The notes: generated by a model from the letters alone, not told the origin. Positions 11,501 to 27,010 are shown, counted from the stretch's first letter. The stretch: DNA of 64,000 nt from a virus (IMGVR_UViG_3300029305_001878:64001-128000); one strand, 5' to 3'. Translations and numbers: made by a program.

Positions 11501-14500
11501 GTGAGTGCAAGAGTGCGGCGGACCGCAGATGCACCATTTACAGTTACAGTGCCTGCGGTCGCTATTCCTTGTATCTATCTAATAGGTTCTTCTTTAAAAT
11601 TTAAAACCTATAATCTAATAAAATGTTCTTTAATGCGCATTTCGTCTAATGTTCTTAAAAATTCTATATCATTTAAATATTCTCTTGACATTGAATTTTA
11701 CCTCCATTAACCTTGCCATATTCCTTTAATTTCCAAGGATGCAATGGCTCTATAATTTACTATACCGTAAGATGGCTTAGCAAAACGCAACTAATCAATA
11801 TTTCTATTAATTGTTTTTAATACAAATTTATTAGTTGGTCCAATTCGAGTTCTTGTACAATCTCCGGTCATTATAACTTCACCATCAACATATTTATCAC
11901 GCGCATTAAAAATAACTTCAACATTTTCATCTGCTTCAATTTCAATGGCTTCTAAACCATCAAAATGATAAATAACATAATGTCCTTCATTATCCATCCA
12001 TACATCAGTTGAACTATCTTGTTCTATTGTAGATAATGGATAATAGGTCTTTAAAATTTTATTAGCCTCTTCAACCTATTCTTCATAAGACATTAATAAT
12101 AAATTTTCTTCTTTTAAGAAATTATCAATTGTTTCCTCTAATTTATTACGAGTCATTTTCAATGTTATGCCATACATATCAAAAATTCTCTAACGAGTTT
12201 TTTCTTTTATAATATCCATAATATCTAATGACTAATATAAACGATAATTATATTTTTCAGAAACAGTTAAAATTTCAGGATTTCTTTCTACTTCGTGGTT
12301 ATCTAAAATTTTCTAATTAGTAGTAAATAATCCACCAACCTAACCCCAATTAGCCAATTCCTATTTTTCAATAGTAACTTTTGGTAAGAAATCAACTTCC
12401 TCTATTTCTGCTACATAATTAATTAATACAGGACGAGTATATTTTAAATATAAACTATCAATATCAACATTATCTAACTAATAAACTCTTCCTGGGAACA
12501 TAGTAATTTCTTTGCCATTTAATATCATAGTTATAATATTTGATTGACTTAACTCATACTATTTTAACATTAGTTCATATTTAGCAATCTATAACTATTT
12601 CTTTAGTTTATTAATTTTAGTATCATAAGTAATAGATTTTAAATTTTGTATTTCCTATTCAATATTATATTTAGGATATAACTCAACCCAAATCTATGAT
12701 ACTTTATTTAATTGATATTTCTTTTCATCACTTATTTCAATCTCTTCCTATTGGCGTATCCATTCAATAATATTATCCTATTCAGAGTCCCAATAGGGAT
12801 TTAATTTTTGAGAAAAATGTAAATCTTTTGATTTTAAATAAATAAAATTAACTATTTCAGAAGGTAATTTTTCATAAGTGATATATTCATTTTTTACCTT
12901 ATCAAAAAATCTCCAAGGCGCAAGCCCTTTATCCAACATTTCCATATATAAATCTTCTGGAATAGACATAGAATTTATATATTTACCATCGAATGCGCCG
13001 CGCACCTATCCGGGCACTATACGATATGCAGACTCAAATTGACCTATTTCATTAACTACATTATGAGAAATTGCGTCTAATGGATTAATATTATACAATT
13101 TCATATTAGCAACAGTATTTTCTGCCACTTCATAAACAGTTGAATTAAAATCAGCAATTAGACGTCCTAACTATTGATTAGGTACCAATGATACATTAAC
13201 AAAAGTAACTATCATATTGCCTTCAGTAGGAGATTTATATAGTTTATATCCACCATCATTTAAGAATGCTTCAACATATTCTCGATAAATACGTTCCATA
13301 AAAACATTATTATTTGTATGGTTAAAATCAAAAATAGAATTATCATATCCACTAGAAGATATTTGAATAATATCTTCAAGTCTTAAATGTCTATCGTAAG
13401 ATAAACAAAACTTTTCTGCGGGAATTACTATATTATTACCATAAATATATCCGCCCAAATAAACCTATTCCTTTGATTCAGGGTCAAAATCATATCCGAC
13501 TGATTTTCTAAAGAAAGTATTTTCATCACTATGTAAAGTAATTTTTGCTCCTAATGAAAATTCTCCATAATTTGCTAACCCATTTCTCAAGATAATAGGA
13601 TATTTAGAATTTAAACTATCTTGCTTTTGGAATAAACGAGTATGTTTAAATTGCTATATTTTTACATCTAAATCTAATTTTACTTGTACACCATTGCAAT
13701 AAACATAACAATGCTAGAAATTAGATTGATGCGCTGGAGATAAACCTAAATCACTTAATTCATATTTGGGCGCCGAGCGCAATCCAGACACACCTTGTCT
13801 TTGAATAGCATATTTATATTTAACGCCACTTTCAACAGTATAATCTTCATATAATAAAGTCAACTTTTCATTATAAGCATCTTCATTAAACCATTCAAAG
13901 CGCGCAATATCTTCCCAAATTGTATAATTTGTTTTTTCGCTTGCACGGCTAATAAAATATACGCCATCGAGATTTTGCAAAACTGTAGTCAATTCCCAAT
14001 CATAATATCCTGTTAAATCATCAAATTTTTGATATTCTCTTTGAGTAGGATTATTTTTAATATATAAACGAAGACATCCATTATCGTCAACAAAAGTATC
14101 ATTATCTAATGATTTTGCCCAATTTTGGCGTTCTTCTAAAGATAAAATTATATATTTTTCTTTTTCTTTATATACAATATCAGTATCTTTAACTTTTAAT
14201 CCAGTTTCTTCTTCAAAGACTTCTTTACTTTCAAAATCTCCATCATCTCCAAAACTGATAAAAGTAGCATCTATGGATAATCCAGCCAATCTCTAATAAG
14301 TTCTAAACACCGACCTAGTAGGAGCATAAAACTTATCAGCGTAGAAACCAGAATTAGTATTATCTTTTACAATAAAACTTAAATATTCTAAACTTTTTAA
14401 ATAAACCTCTGTAATAGTAAAAATATAAGGTTTAGAAGAACACTGATAACCATTTTTAGTTATTATATCAAAAACTAAAGTATAATATTCATCACCCATA

Positions 14501-15255
14501 TACTATAAAGGCTAATTGAATACTTGTTTAACTAAAGCAGTATAAGTTTCATTACCGCTTCCATTAAACTACATCCATTCAGTAGATAAATAACTATTAT
14601 ATTCTTCACCGACTTCTTTTCCTTCATATAATCTAAAACGATATTTATCTAAAGGTTCTTCGGCTACATTGGAATAGCCACCCTAAAATTCAGGAAAACG
14701 AGTTGATTCAACATTTTCGCTATGATTTAATATTATACTTGAAGATGCGATATTTGTTGATAAATTATTTAAAATATCAACTCGAGGCTCTGATATGGAT
14801 TTAGTGATTATAACATTAGACCATTCAGAATATCCACTTACTGAAGTTTGGGACTTTTTCCATTTAAAGAAGGATACTCTATCTGTATAATCAAGTTCAT
14901 TATATCCAAAACGAATTTGAATCTTATAGAACATATTATCAGCCCAACCTACTTTATCGGCTATTTTAATATCACTTCTATTAACTGTTAAAGAATAAAC
15001 ACCATAATTATCGACCGTTATATTGCTGTTAGTATTAGCAATGTAAATAATTCCATCATAATATCTATCTGTATCAACTACTGACTTATTATTACTTTGC
15101 TGTACAATGCGCACTGCCATATGTTTAACATTATCAAAATTAACCGTTAAAGGCAATGTAAAAGAAATTCTTAACCCTGCCGCCATTGATAAAAACGCAG
15201 GAATAGAACTTTCTACTATTGGGGGATAAATCGTATTTATATTTACAGTAGCCAT
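8557..15255 (-). CDS. giant tail/baseplate structural ORF (up to ~2230 codons; possibly more than one gene), densely TAG-containing
   Basis: ATG 15253-15255 with AAAGGAGG RBS. Eleven listed ORF fragments (14683, 14293, 13714, 13171, 12778, 11791, 10864, 10396, 9496, 9151, 8557) are all in frame 1. Every checked junction is TAG. The 8817-9150 and 13459-13716 stretches were translated without TAA/TGA. TAA at 8557. Confidence 0.3.
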
Positions 15256-15329
15256 ATTTTACCTCCTTTATCTCATATTATCTATTTAAATTTAAAAAAT
15301 AACTTTCTATAATGTGCGATATTTGCCCA

Positions 15330-15366
15330 AAAAGAAAAAGGATAAGGGTATATTTATACCCTTATC
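15330..15366. terminator. intrinsic terminator
   Basis: ggataagggtata…atacccttatcc hairpin plus T-run, directly after TAA 15368. Confidence 0.55.
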
Positions 15367-15367
15367 C

Positions 15368-18325
15368 TTACGTTAAAATACTTTTTAAAAATTCAGTAAA
15401 AGCATCGCTTGCGCTAAATTGCTATTTACCATTTTCGTCATAACTCATATTTATTGCGCCATTGCCTAATGAAAAACTACCATCTGATTTAATTGTATTA
15501 GTAGGAGTTCCGTCTACATCAAATCCAAATAAACCACTAATAGCACTCATAATTTCAGTACCAAATAGCATACCATTTGAAAATACTTCATTGGCTCCAT
15601 TAATAGAGCCAGCGCCAATAACTGAATTTATTAATTTAGTTTTTTCAATATTTTTATCATCGATAATAGTAATTACTCCGCCATTATATCCATCAATATT
15701 TTTATTCATATCAGTAGCCAATAGCATAGTAACTGGTTGAATAAGATATGATTCAGAAACACTTGATATTTTTATCTTTATCGCGCCCATTGGAATCATA
15801 GTTTCTCCACTTTCATCTATGGGGAAATTAGCACCTTTATAAATTTGTGCTGGATAGATATAATAATCTATTGAACCATTTGAATGATTTAAATAAGAAA
15901 TAAAAATATTATCATTTAATGATTGCGGTTTTGCTAAACTTACCTATTCTACTCCTTTATAAATTACTGAAATATATTCAGAACTATAAGAAGGAGTATC
16001 TCCATTTGCAGTATAAGTGACTAAATTAGGAATTTTAATTGCGGTTAAATCATCAATATTTATATCACCATATGCAATTAATATAGGTTGATAGTAATTA
16101 ATGATATGACTTGATTCTTCTTTATCACCATTCATAACTTTAATAGTGGTAACAAAACGAACAAAATATTGTCCTTGGTCATTCAATTCATCATTACCAG
16201 TTACCTCAAACAATGAATCATTTTTATTACTTGATCCAATAGAAGTAGTTTTTACATTAATGGACTAAACAACATAAGAAATTTTATAATATCTATTATC
16301 ATCTATTTTAGTATTATTATAAATAGTTTTACCATCAACAAAAATCTTTGGATGTAAATAAACTTTACCCCAAGTTTTTTTCTTATAAGTCAAAGGAATT
16401 GATTTTCCATATTCCTATCCTTTATCATCACTATAATTAACAATCATAGTATATGTTAAACCATTCGCGCCTTGACTGCCCTCTTTAATAAAATTAATTG
16501 TTTTATTAAAATAGTAAGTGCTACCTGTTGAAGTTTCAATTTTTAACTATAAAGTATTTAAATTTCTATTGCTATAAAATTTAGGACTTATAGTAAAATG
16601 AACTGCATTGGTCGCCGCATTAACTCGTATATTACGCATCATTGAATCTTCTGGAGACTGTTTAGCCTCAAAAATGCGGGCGCCGCTTGGCCCAAACCAA
16701 GTAACACCGGTAACTACTGTTGAAGCGTTAGTATTTATAATAGGAGTAATAACCATTTCTTTATCATAATCTGTATATGTAATATCTCCATTTACATCAT
16801 ATAAAAAAGTATCAATACCATTATAAAATACTCGAATATCAGTATCAATTAAAGTATTCTTTAATTCATAATCATATGGAATAACAGTATTATCATCTAA
16901 TTTTATAGCAGCCTAAAAAGACACTTCAGGATAATATAAAAATTCAGATACATTAATCTAGTTTGCGCCACTCGCATATTGATAATAACTACCATCGGGC
17001 AAGCGCACATACCAATCTGCAGTTTCTATTTTATCCTATGCATCAATTAATTCTAAAAAAGTTCCAGTAGCATCAGATACTTTATTAATAGCAAAACGAG
17101 AATTAAAATATTTAACTACTCTAACTTCATTTGAAAAAGTCATTGTATTATTATAAATTATTACTAACTTAACTCGCATTTGCTAATATACATCGGAGCC
17201 ACGCAAAGTTAATATATTATAATTTACTTTACTATCAATAATTTCTTCCCATCCACCACCGGCGTATTGATTATATAATTCGTGACCTGGGACAACTACT
17301 GGATTTTGTTTAAACCAATAGCATTGACAATTAGAAGGACTTAAAACATCTTTAAGAGCGTAATAAAATTTGCCTTCTAAAGTAATTGTATCAGTATCTT
17401 GCGCGAGCGACAAACCCTGAACCGCTTGAATGCCGCAATAATATAAAGAATCAGTATTATCTATATTATCAACAAAAGATATTTTAATATTCTTTACAAA
17501 AATATTAGGTTCAGTTTTATTTTCATAAATAATATTTCCTTCATTATCTTTTAAGTTGTCATATTCGGTATATCTTTCTTGGAATAAGGTAATCTTTTTT
17601 ACCGCAGTTAATTTTATATTCTCCACTTTATAAATTGCATATTGTGGAGAAAAAACTAAATACTAATGTAAACTACCAACAAAATTAGCGATTTCTAATT
17701 TGCGCGTATATGTAATATTTTCATTTTCTTTATCGGTATAAAATTCTACTTTTAAACCATAGTTGCCGCTTGTGGGGTCGCCCTTAAAATCGGTTTTAAA
17801 ATCTGCTGAAATTTTAATAGTTGGATATGCTAAAAAAGTACTAACAAAAGTAGCATCTTCTTTATTAGTTAAATTTTCATAAATAACTGATTCATAATAT
17901 TTATCTTCTTCACCTGCGCCCGCAAGTACTGAATATGTTTTATCTGTATCCTAAAAACCATATCCCATTTCAATTACATTAGAAGCCATAAAATCATATT
18001 CTTCTTCTGTAATGGTCGCCGCACTTGCTTTACCTTCTATTAATTTCTTCGCACTAAAATCCCCACCTGGAATTTTTACATATACATTAACACCCTCATT
18101 ATATACATAATTTAAATTGGTAGGAGCATAAGCCTTAAATTTACCTTGCTGATATGAAACATAATATTCACCAGTTTCGGCATTATTTAAACTAACTACT
18201 TCTGCGATAATTGTTTTATCAAAATTTAATTCACTATCACGAGCCTATGCAATTAAGTCTATTGTTTTTATTAACTCATCACTAATATATTTAGGCTTCT
18301 TTACTTTAGCCAAATAATTATCCAT
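15368..18325 (-). CDS. distal tail / tail-associated protein (~985 codons, TAG-containing)
   Basis: ATG 18323-18325 with GAGAAAGGAG RBS. Frame-2 fragments 17183..17626, 16547..16756, 15944..16213 and 15422..15799 are co-frame. TAA at 15368. Confidence 0.35.
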
Positions 18326-18337
18326 ATTTACTCCTTT

Positions 18338-18372
18338 CTCTCCCTAAAATAGGGGATAATATTATCCCCTAT
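18338..18372. terminator. intrinsic terminator after tape-measure gene
   Basis: aaaataggggataat/attatcccctatttt hairpin. Confidence 0.55.
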
Positions 18373-18373
18373 T

Positions 18374-21300
18374 TTAGATTTTACTTAAATTAAGATATTG
18401 AGAAGCGTTATTAGAAAGATTAGACAATGCTTCTTGAATTTCATATTGGTCAACAACATTCGGGAATTCAGCATTAATATGAACATTTTGTTCAATTGCT
18501 TTTTCATCGAATATTGGTAATTTAGTGCTACCTAACATACTTCTTAATTGATAGTCGGTATTAGCAGTCATCATAGAAATTTGATTATCAATAGAACGAG
18601 ATACTTTTACTGCGTCTAATATATTAGCAGTATCTTGTTTATTTAATACAAGTTCTTTTTCGTCTAATAAAGCCAAACGACCTTCAGAACCCCAAGAACC
18701 AGTGTATCCACCTGTATCAAATTTTTTAAGTTTATCAAGTTTGTCTGCAATAACTTCATCATTATAAGAGCCACCATCAGCAATATGTTTAACAACTTCA
18801 TTTGCAGTAGGATTTCCTTGAGACGCCTGAATTAAAACATTTTCTAAATCTTTATTGCTAATATATCCACTCTTTTCAGGATCTCTTTCTGCTCTATCTG
18901 CCATTAACTATTTATAATCATCAGACTATAAATAATTAATATCATTATACAATGCTTCAGTAACATCACGGCTAATATCTCCACTGCTTTTTTTAGCGCC
19001 ACCGCTGCCAGAAGTAATAGTATTATTAATATAAGCCTCATTTTTAGCAAGTTCTTCATCAGTACGTTTACTGTATTTAGCCTGCCATTCTTCAACCATT
19101 CCAATAGCCTAGGAGACATAAGACATTAATACATCGACCAATTCAGATATTTCATCACATAATTGTTGTACATAAGTTTCTAAAGAACCTAATGTGCCTT
19201 CAGTATCTGCGCCAAAGGTTTCCCAACTAGTTCCTGCAACATTCATTGCCTATTCAACGACACCTTGCCAATCTTTATAATTAACCATTAATTCAGAAAT
19301 AGTTAAATTAGAATTTTCCAAGAAATGATTATAAGCATCTTCATAATCATAAATATCAGTCATTTGACCATAAAGAGTATCGTGGAAAAGAATACCACTT
19401 TCTTCTACACCTTTGTTCAATTCATCTAATAAATAGCGTTGACGTTCAGTGTAATATTCTTGTAATGCGATTAATTGGTCTTGATAGTCAGCCGCATTTT
19501 TATCTAAATCCATTAAAGCATCTTTATACTCAATTTGATTTTCAATCAATTGTTGAGATACATCATCGATATAATCTTTAGCCAATTGGTCTAATTCAAA
19601 TAAAGCATCTTCATATTTCTATGTAGCATCTTCAATAGATTCTTCATCAGCGTCATATGCATAAGTCCAATTACCTGCGGCGTCGCGCACCAAGCGCATA
19701 GAGGTCTTACTATTTTGCGCTTCCATTAAAGCAATTTCAGCCAATTGTAAATCATATCTCTTTTGGAGAATATCTAAATCAAATTGACTCATATCTACGC
19801 CTGCTTTTTGCAGTTCGTAAATCTATTGCTGAATATCTCTTAATTTAGACTTTGCTAATAAATCATTTTCATCTTGGATAGCAGAATTTAATTGACGATT
19901 TAATTTATTTAATTCATAAAGTTTTGTAGCATCGTCTAAATATTCATCTTGAATAGTTTTAGCCTATTCATAATTTTGCTGGAATAATTCTAATGTAGAG
20001 AATGGACTTAAAGCGTCACTCATTGTATTGACTGCTAATTCCATTCGCATTTCAAATAATTCAGCCGCAGCATTTAAAGTTTCTTCCCAAGAGCCAAGAA
20101 ATTCTTCAGAAGCACTTTCTAATTCGTGCTTTAATTCTTCAACTTGGTTTTCCCAGAATTTAACAGATGTCTCGTCGTTGTCCGCCGCTCGGTTAGCCAA
20201 GGCCTCTTGCGCTTGTTTAGTGGCGGCCGCAAGCCCATCCATTTGCTGCTTTAAGATACCCATTTTATTAACCATAGTTTCGACTCTCATAGTACCAATG
20301 CGGACTTTTAAAGTCTAATCAAGCATTGTTCTACCTGACAAGTCGATTATGTTATTAAAATGGTCTAACATAGATACATATTTATCTAGCCTATCAGTTT
20401 GAATATCAATTTCTTCAAGTGCTAATTCAAGAACATTCTAAACTAATTCTTCCATCTCTTTACGAAGTTCTAGAATATCTTTATTAACATCAATTAAATC
20501 ACTTTGATATTCTAATATCTATTCATCAAACATTTGCTCATATCCCGGGTATTGCGCTTTCGCCGCATTTAATTCATCAATGCCTTGGCGCAATGTAGCA
20601 CCCTTTTCAAACAACTAAAGCATTTCTTGCTCTTGATACTGGAAACCTTCAAGCATTGCTTCAATTGTTTGTTTATTTCCGTGAGCCTGTAATAATAATT
20701 TTTCTTGATAATAATTTAATCTTTCAATCTGATAATCAATCTGTTTTACACGCCAATCAATTCTATTGGTAATATCTTCTAACGCTTTTTCAGCCTATTC
20801 ACGTTCCTTATCAGCAATTGAAGCAACATTATCATCAATTTTAGATTGTAATTCAGTAGCCTAATCTAAATCAAAACTTATATCTCTTAACCAAGCCTCT
20901 GCTTTATCTTCACTGCCGGTTTCCTGCAGAATTTCTTGGTATTTATCTTCCATTTGTGCATATAAATCACTTAAGTTAGCAATTTCACCATCATCAGTTA
21001 ACTTAATTTCAAATTCTGGATGTTTAGCATTAAATTCTTTAACTTTTTCCTTTAGAAGTTTCTTCCAAGTTTTAATTTGGTCTTCGAGGATTTTTTGCTC
21101 TTCTTCAAGAAGTTCAATTTCTTCTTTGATGTATTTACTTGCGTCTTCTGGATTTAGGCCTTCACGTTGAGCCTCCAAGCGTTTGCGTTTACTTTCGCTT
21201 GTTGACATGCGCTTATCTTGAAGTTCATCATAAGCAGAACCTGAGGAACCTCCTCCACCGCCACCTGAACCTTGATATGGGTTGGTTACTGGAGTACTAT

Positions 21301-24300
21301 TTCCTGGACCAGTAAGTATTTCCATATTAGATTTAGCATCACCAGGAATAAGTCCACTAAAGCCTAAATCTGCTAATTGATTTTCAGCCTATATTAATAG
21401 TTTTTCTGCCTAAAGAGGTCTTGAACTTGATAAAGCCAATCCTTGTTGCATTAAACTTAAAGCACTAATTAATTGCTAAAATCCCTCAGGGGACAATTTA
21501 GTTTCACCTATTGCTGCTAACCAAGTTGCAACTTTTTCAGCCTCAATATTTGATGTTAATAAGCCATTTAATAATTCATTAAAATCGCCTTTACCATTTA
21601 CATATAAATTTACGGCTTCTGTATTTTGAACTTCACTAATAATTTCCTAAAATTCTTCAAGGTTACCTTCAAAGCCTACTTTTAATCGAATTTCATTCTA
21701 AATATCTTCAAATAAATCTTCAGTACTAATTTCACCTTTACTCCAAGCATTTAGAATATGGTCACGATTTTTTATATATTCTTCACTAACTTTAACACCA
21801 AAAGCATTTTCTAATTGCTATTGTATATCGCGAATTGCATTATTATATTCGTCACCTTTTAAATCATCTAAAGATTCAGTTAATTTTCCAATGGCCTATG
21901 CTGCTTTATTAACTTCAATTTCTTTAATCTATTTAGAAAACTCTTCGGCCGCGGCAGCACACGCTTCAGTATTACCCTTATTATCATTAAGAGCCTTATT
22001 ATATTTCTAAAATGCCGTCGCATATTCTTCACTATCAGCACCTAATTTATACAAAGCATTTCTTGAAGTTTCATCGGAAAAATCAAAATCTTTATCAGAT
22101 GTTAAATCATTAATATTATTATAATTATATAATCTTTGCTCTTTATCTTTAGCAATAACTGCATTTAAATCAGCATTATGAGCATCTTTTAATTGCGTTA
22201 AATAATTAGCGGCTTCTGTTTCATTTAATTCTTCAAGATTAACATTTTTATCTATATCTAAAAACTGTTTTAAAGCATCACTGTCAGAACTTTGATCTAT
22301 AGCAAAATTTAAAAGCGCTTTTGCAGAAGTTTTACCAAGTTCTCCAGTATCAAAATAGTCTTGTACTACAATACTATTAATACCTTCTGTAAGTTCTTGT
22401 CCATATCTAGCCTTTTCTACAATTTCTTCTGAAACTTCTTCTGGAGATTTTTTATTCTACACCATAAATTCTTCAGAATTAATCCAAAAACCTTCAATAG
22501 CATCTCCAAGTTGCTCAACTTGTTCTTTAGAGATTATATCGCCAACTTTAACGTCGCCTAATAGTTTATATAGCGTTTCAAGACGTGAAATAAAATTATT
22601 GAGTTTATCAATAGGTAATTCACCGGCCACTTTAGCCATTTGGTTAACAAAAGTACTAATATCAATACTATCAAGAGTAATACCTAAAGCAAGCAATTCA
22701 TTTTTAAATCTATTAACTGCATCGGGTGATTCCCAATCAAAATTATTAATTAGATTAATAAAATCATCTTGCTAATCTTGGTCAATACTTCCCCACATTT
22801 CAGATAAAGTATTTTCTAATTGTCGCTTTCCATCTTCTCCCAAAGATAAATAAGCCTATCTTAATGCACCGGATAACCCTTTTGCAGCATAAAGTGAAAC
22901 ATTATCAAAAGTCTTTGATAAACCAAGGTCAGTAATAGCATTTGCTGTTTCCTCGGCTTTACCTAATATAAAACTTGTTAATGTGCCTTCTTCTATTTGG
23001 AAATAATTTTCTAATTCTTTTTGCTATTTCGTTGTTAATTTTCCTATATCTGTTTTTAATTTATCTCTTACTAACTAATCCTATGATACATTTTCAAAAT
23101 TTTTATTTTTAATAAAAGAAATAAGTCCTTCGCTTGCCGAATCTAAAATATTATTAGCAATATTGTTTGCGGTTCCCGCATTTTCTATAGCACGAGACGC
23201 AGCAACACTATCAATAATACTTTTCGTATCATAAACTTCTTCTTTATATTTACCATCTGCTTGTTTAACTTGGATAACAAAAGTTCCATCACTACGGACT
23301 ATATTGCCTTGATTTAACCAATTACCTTCACCAAAGAATTCATTTAAAATCTTTTCAGTTTCTGTACCTTCTTGTATGTTTGCATCACTGCCACTATATT
23401 TATTTAACTAGTCTTCAATAAATTTCTTATTGGTTTCAATCTCTTTATTGACAATGGCATTGGTTAATTGAACTTCACCATCTCTATCAGCAAATTTTTC
23501 ATCTAAATTTCTAATAGCATTTTCTTGTTCTAAAGTTAATAATTCATTATTTCTTTCTAATGTTTTATTATTATCTATTATTGCTTGTTGATTATTTTGA
23601 ATTGCTTCAACAATTTTATCAATATTAAAGTATTGTGTAAAATTATAACCTTTTCCAAATAAACTTTCAAGTTCACCTGAAGTTAATGAATCAAGTTTAT
23701 CATAATTATTTAATAAGGTTTCTCGCAAGTGTTCAAACGCAGAATTATAATTTTCATCATAATATTCCGCATATTCTGGAATAACCTAATTTATTATATT
23801 CGAAATATTATTATCTTTATTTAAATTATATCTATCCTAATTAGTTCTCTAATCGGCTTCTAAAACTCCATAAGTTTTACCGATAACACCTTTATTTATT
23901 TCAAACTAATGTTCTTTTCTGCTTTCTGGGTCAATATAAATTTCGCCAGTATCATAAACTTCATATTCTAATTCAGGAACTAATTTTAATAATTTTAAAG
24001 CCTCTTCATTTGCTGCACTTAAAGCATTTTTCCATTCTTCAGTACCTTTTGTACAACTTTCTAAAGCCTTTTGAGCATTATCATAAGAATTAAAAGCACT
24101 ATTTAATTCATTTGCTTTCTATTTAGTTTCTTCTAATTTAGTTCTTAAAGCCTCGGCAGATTCTTCAGAACTCTTTAATATTCCTTCTAAAGAATTCTTT
24201 TTAGCATTTTCAATTGCTTTAATTAAAAGAGCAATTGCGGCTGCTATAGCACCAATAATAATAATCCATTTTGCAACAGGTAATAATGCTTTTTTTAATG

Positions 24301-27010
24301 CAGCATTAAATAACTCTACATTAGTTGCTGCACCTGCATAACTCTCTCCTAAAAGTTTATTTGTAACTACTTGTCTTATAGTTTGACCTTCAGTTGCTTT
24401 AAGTCCAAAAACAGATGCTAATAAAGTAGGAATAAATCCTCCTTCAATAGATTTAGATATTGCTGAAATTCCAGTAGAAAGAGCAGAGAATCCATTAATA
24501 ATAGAAGGTAAAGACATACTAACAGATAACATTACACTACTAAATTTTTCACCAAAACTTAAATCTTCATTGTTTAAAACCTAAATTGCACTGTGTAATC
24601 CTATAAAACCTGCGGTTAAAGATGTTACGCCTTCTATAGTAGAAGATAATCCTTCTGAAAATATTTCAGTTGTATCTTTTTCATTAAAATTACCATTAAG
24701 ATTTTCATTTATGTCTTGGATGACTTTACCGTGCTCTTCATCTTTTTTCTTTTTTTCTGCATCTAAATCAGTACCTTCTTGCAGATTTCTTGCTAAATTG
24801 CGAGCCTCTTCTCGACCTTCAGTTAATCCATTAATATAATCATCTAATGCGTGAGACTGTTCTTTAAATCCGCCAGTTGTATTTTCTAATTCTTCATCTA
24901 ATTTTCTATTTGCTTCTGCTATTGCATCTACATCGCCTTTGGCTTCACGAACTTTTCTTTTATAATTTTCAATTATTTTTATCTACTCATCAGTTGCACC
25001 ATACTCTTGAAGTTTTGCTTTACCTAAGCCTTTAAAATCCTTGCTCATTACGCGTTTTCGTAATTCATCTTTTTTTGGATTATTACTATTTAAATCTTGC
25101 TAATATAAACTATTAATTTGTTCGATATAATCTTGATGACCTGACTAAATTAATCTATCTTCTATTGCTACTCTATCATTTTTATTATTAGATATATTCT
25201 AACTAATTGCTACACGCTATTCAGATAAATTATTAGCAACTCCCATTTTTTCTTTAATTAAATTTAAAGAAAATTCATCTATTTCATTATTATTTACCTT
25301 ATTTGCTAATTCGTTTGTCCACGCTGATTGATTCTGTAAATTAGCAAAAGCAATATCATTAGTTCGGCCAAAATCTGCATTTAACAAAGCCTCATTTGCT
25401 TCATCTTGCATACGTCTAGCCGTTCCTTTTACTCCATCTGTAATAATAGGTAAATTATTTATTGAACGACTAATTTCTTTAGTTAAATTCGGGCCTAATC
25501 CCCTTAATAATGCCGAACCTACGACTGCTAAAACTCCTGGTAAACCTCCAAGAGAGTCAATTAATTTTTCAATTATTCCTAAAGTTCCTTCTAAACCATT
25601 ATTAATACCTATAAAGAAATCTTCATCAATTAAACTATCATAAATGCCTTCTGCGGCCGCGCGCACACGCTTACTTGAGGCTTCCCAACTTTCAGCGTAA
25701 ACTTCCGCCTGTCTTTCTAATTCTCCAGTAGAAGAATAAGCAGTATTTAAATTTTCTTGGAATGTACTCCAATTATCCATTAATGCGATTAATTGAGCAT
25801 ATTGACGTACGCCTGCTACAGTTTGCGCGGTTGCGATTTGAGTATCTTTACTTAAAGTTCCCCATTTAGCACCTAATTCATTTAAAATAACATCCATTTG
25901 CTTTACTTCGCCATTGGCATCTTTAATACTGATACCAATCTTATCTAAAGCCTATGAATATTTATTTAAAGTAGTGCCATCATCCATAGTTTCTCCCAGA
26001 TTCAAACCTTGAACACGAGAGAATAATGTTTTTAAAGCGTTACCAACTACATCTGCGTTTTGACGAGTTTCGGCAGTGATAGTAGCAAGAGCAGTAGTTG
26101 CATATTCATAACTTAAACCTACAGTTTCTGCTACTGCTGCGAATTTCTCTAATCCAGTTGCAATTTCATCAGTACTAGAAGCGGTTGCCGCACCTAACGC
26201 AGTCATAACATCAGCATAGTATTCTAATGATTTACTGCCATTATCAAAGTTATTCCAAATAGCAGTCAGATAGTCAGATACTTCTTTTACAGATTCGCCA
26301 GTAACATTTGATACTTTTGTTGTAATATTAGTTCTTGCTTTTACTTCTGAATCACTTAAACCCTATTGATAGTAAATTAATGATGCATCAGTATAAGCAG
26401 TGGTAGTTACGCTTAATGCCTTTGCTGCTTTATTGGCTTCTTTAGCAAATTTAGCCATCTATTCAGCATTCTATCCACTAACAATTCTAATATTATTTAA
26501 TGATTTATTTAAATCTTGAGCATATCCATATGAAGTCTATAAAGCACCCATAAAGCCATGCATCATACTTGAAGAAAATTGCCACTTAATTGTATTTTTC
26601 ATAGTAGTGGCAAAATCCTATAGCATTTTATTACTCTTTTTTAAAGGTAATTCTGCCGTCGAAATTGACTGTGCTAATTTTAAAAAAGTTTTCTAGCCTT
26701 CAATACCTAGACTGGAAAGTTCTCTTGAATAATCACTTAAACTTTTTCCTGATTTGGATAAAGACTATGAAAATTTAGAAATATCTAATTTGCCAGTATT
26801 TACATTTGTCGCACTTTTTATAGCCGCTTTTAAAGAGGTTACTGTATTTAAAGCATCTTTAAAATCTGCGTTGATTTGCTATCCAGCACTATTTGTTGCT
26901 GGTTGTTTTAAAAGTGAATCAAGACTATGCTATAAATTTTCTAATTGCGCTTTAGCCTACTTTACGTCCGCAGTCATTACTAACTACGCACTATAAACCC
27001 TATCAGCCAT
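18374..27010 (-). CDS. tail tape measure protein (giant, up to ~2880 codons; TP901-type core, TM segment, coiled coils), TAG-rich
   Basis: ATG 27008-27010 with GAAAGGAG RBS. Ten frame-2 fragments (25952, 25217, 24119, 23408, 22457, 20861, 19964, 19250, 18374…) are separated by TAG. The hydrophobic block …IIIIGAIAAAIALLIKAI… lies in 24119..24532. TAA at 18374. The listed frame-1 ORF 18904..19119 is spurious. Confidence 0.45.

Noticed and set aside
18904-19119. Hydrophobic 71-aa ORF (frame 1) between tape-measure fragments
   Set aside because: It is in a different frame from the co-frame TMP chain, which reads sensibly through this stretch in frame 2. The peptide is poly-Leu/Ile nonsense.
1396-20318. 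Plus-strand ORFs 1396..1680, 15462..15740, 20028..20318, 9042..9329 and 11450..11710 inside the leftward structural operon
   Set aside because: They are antisense to co-frame late-gene chains. They have no promoters or RBS, and their peptides are low complexity.
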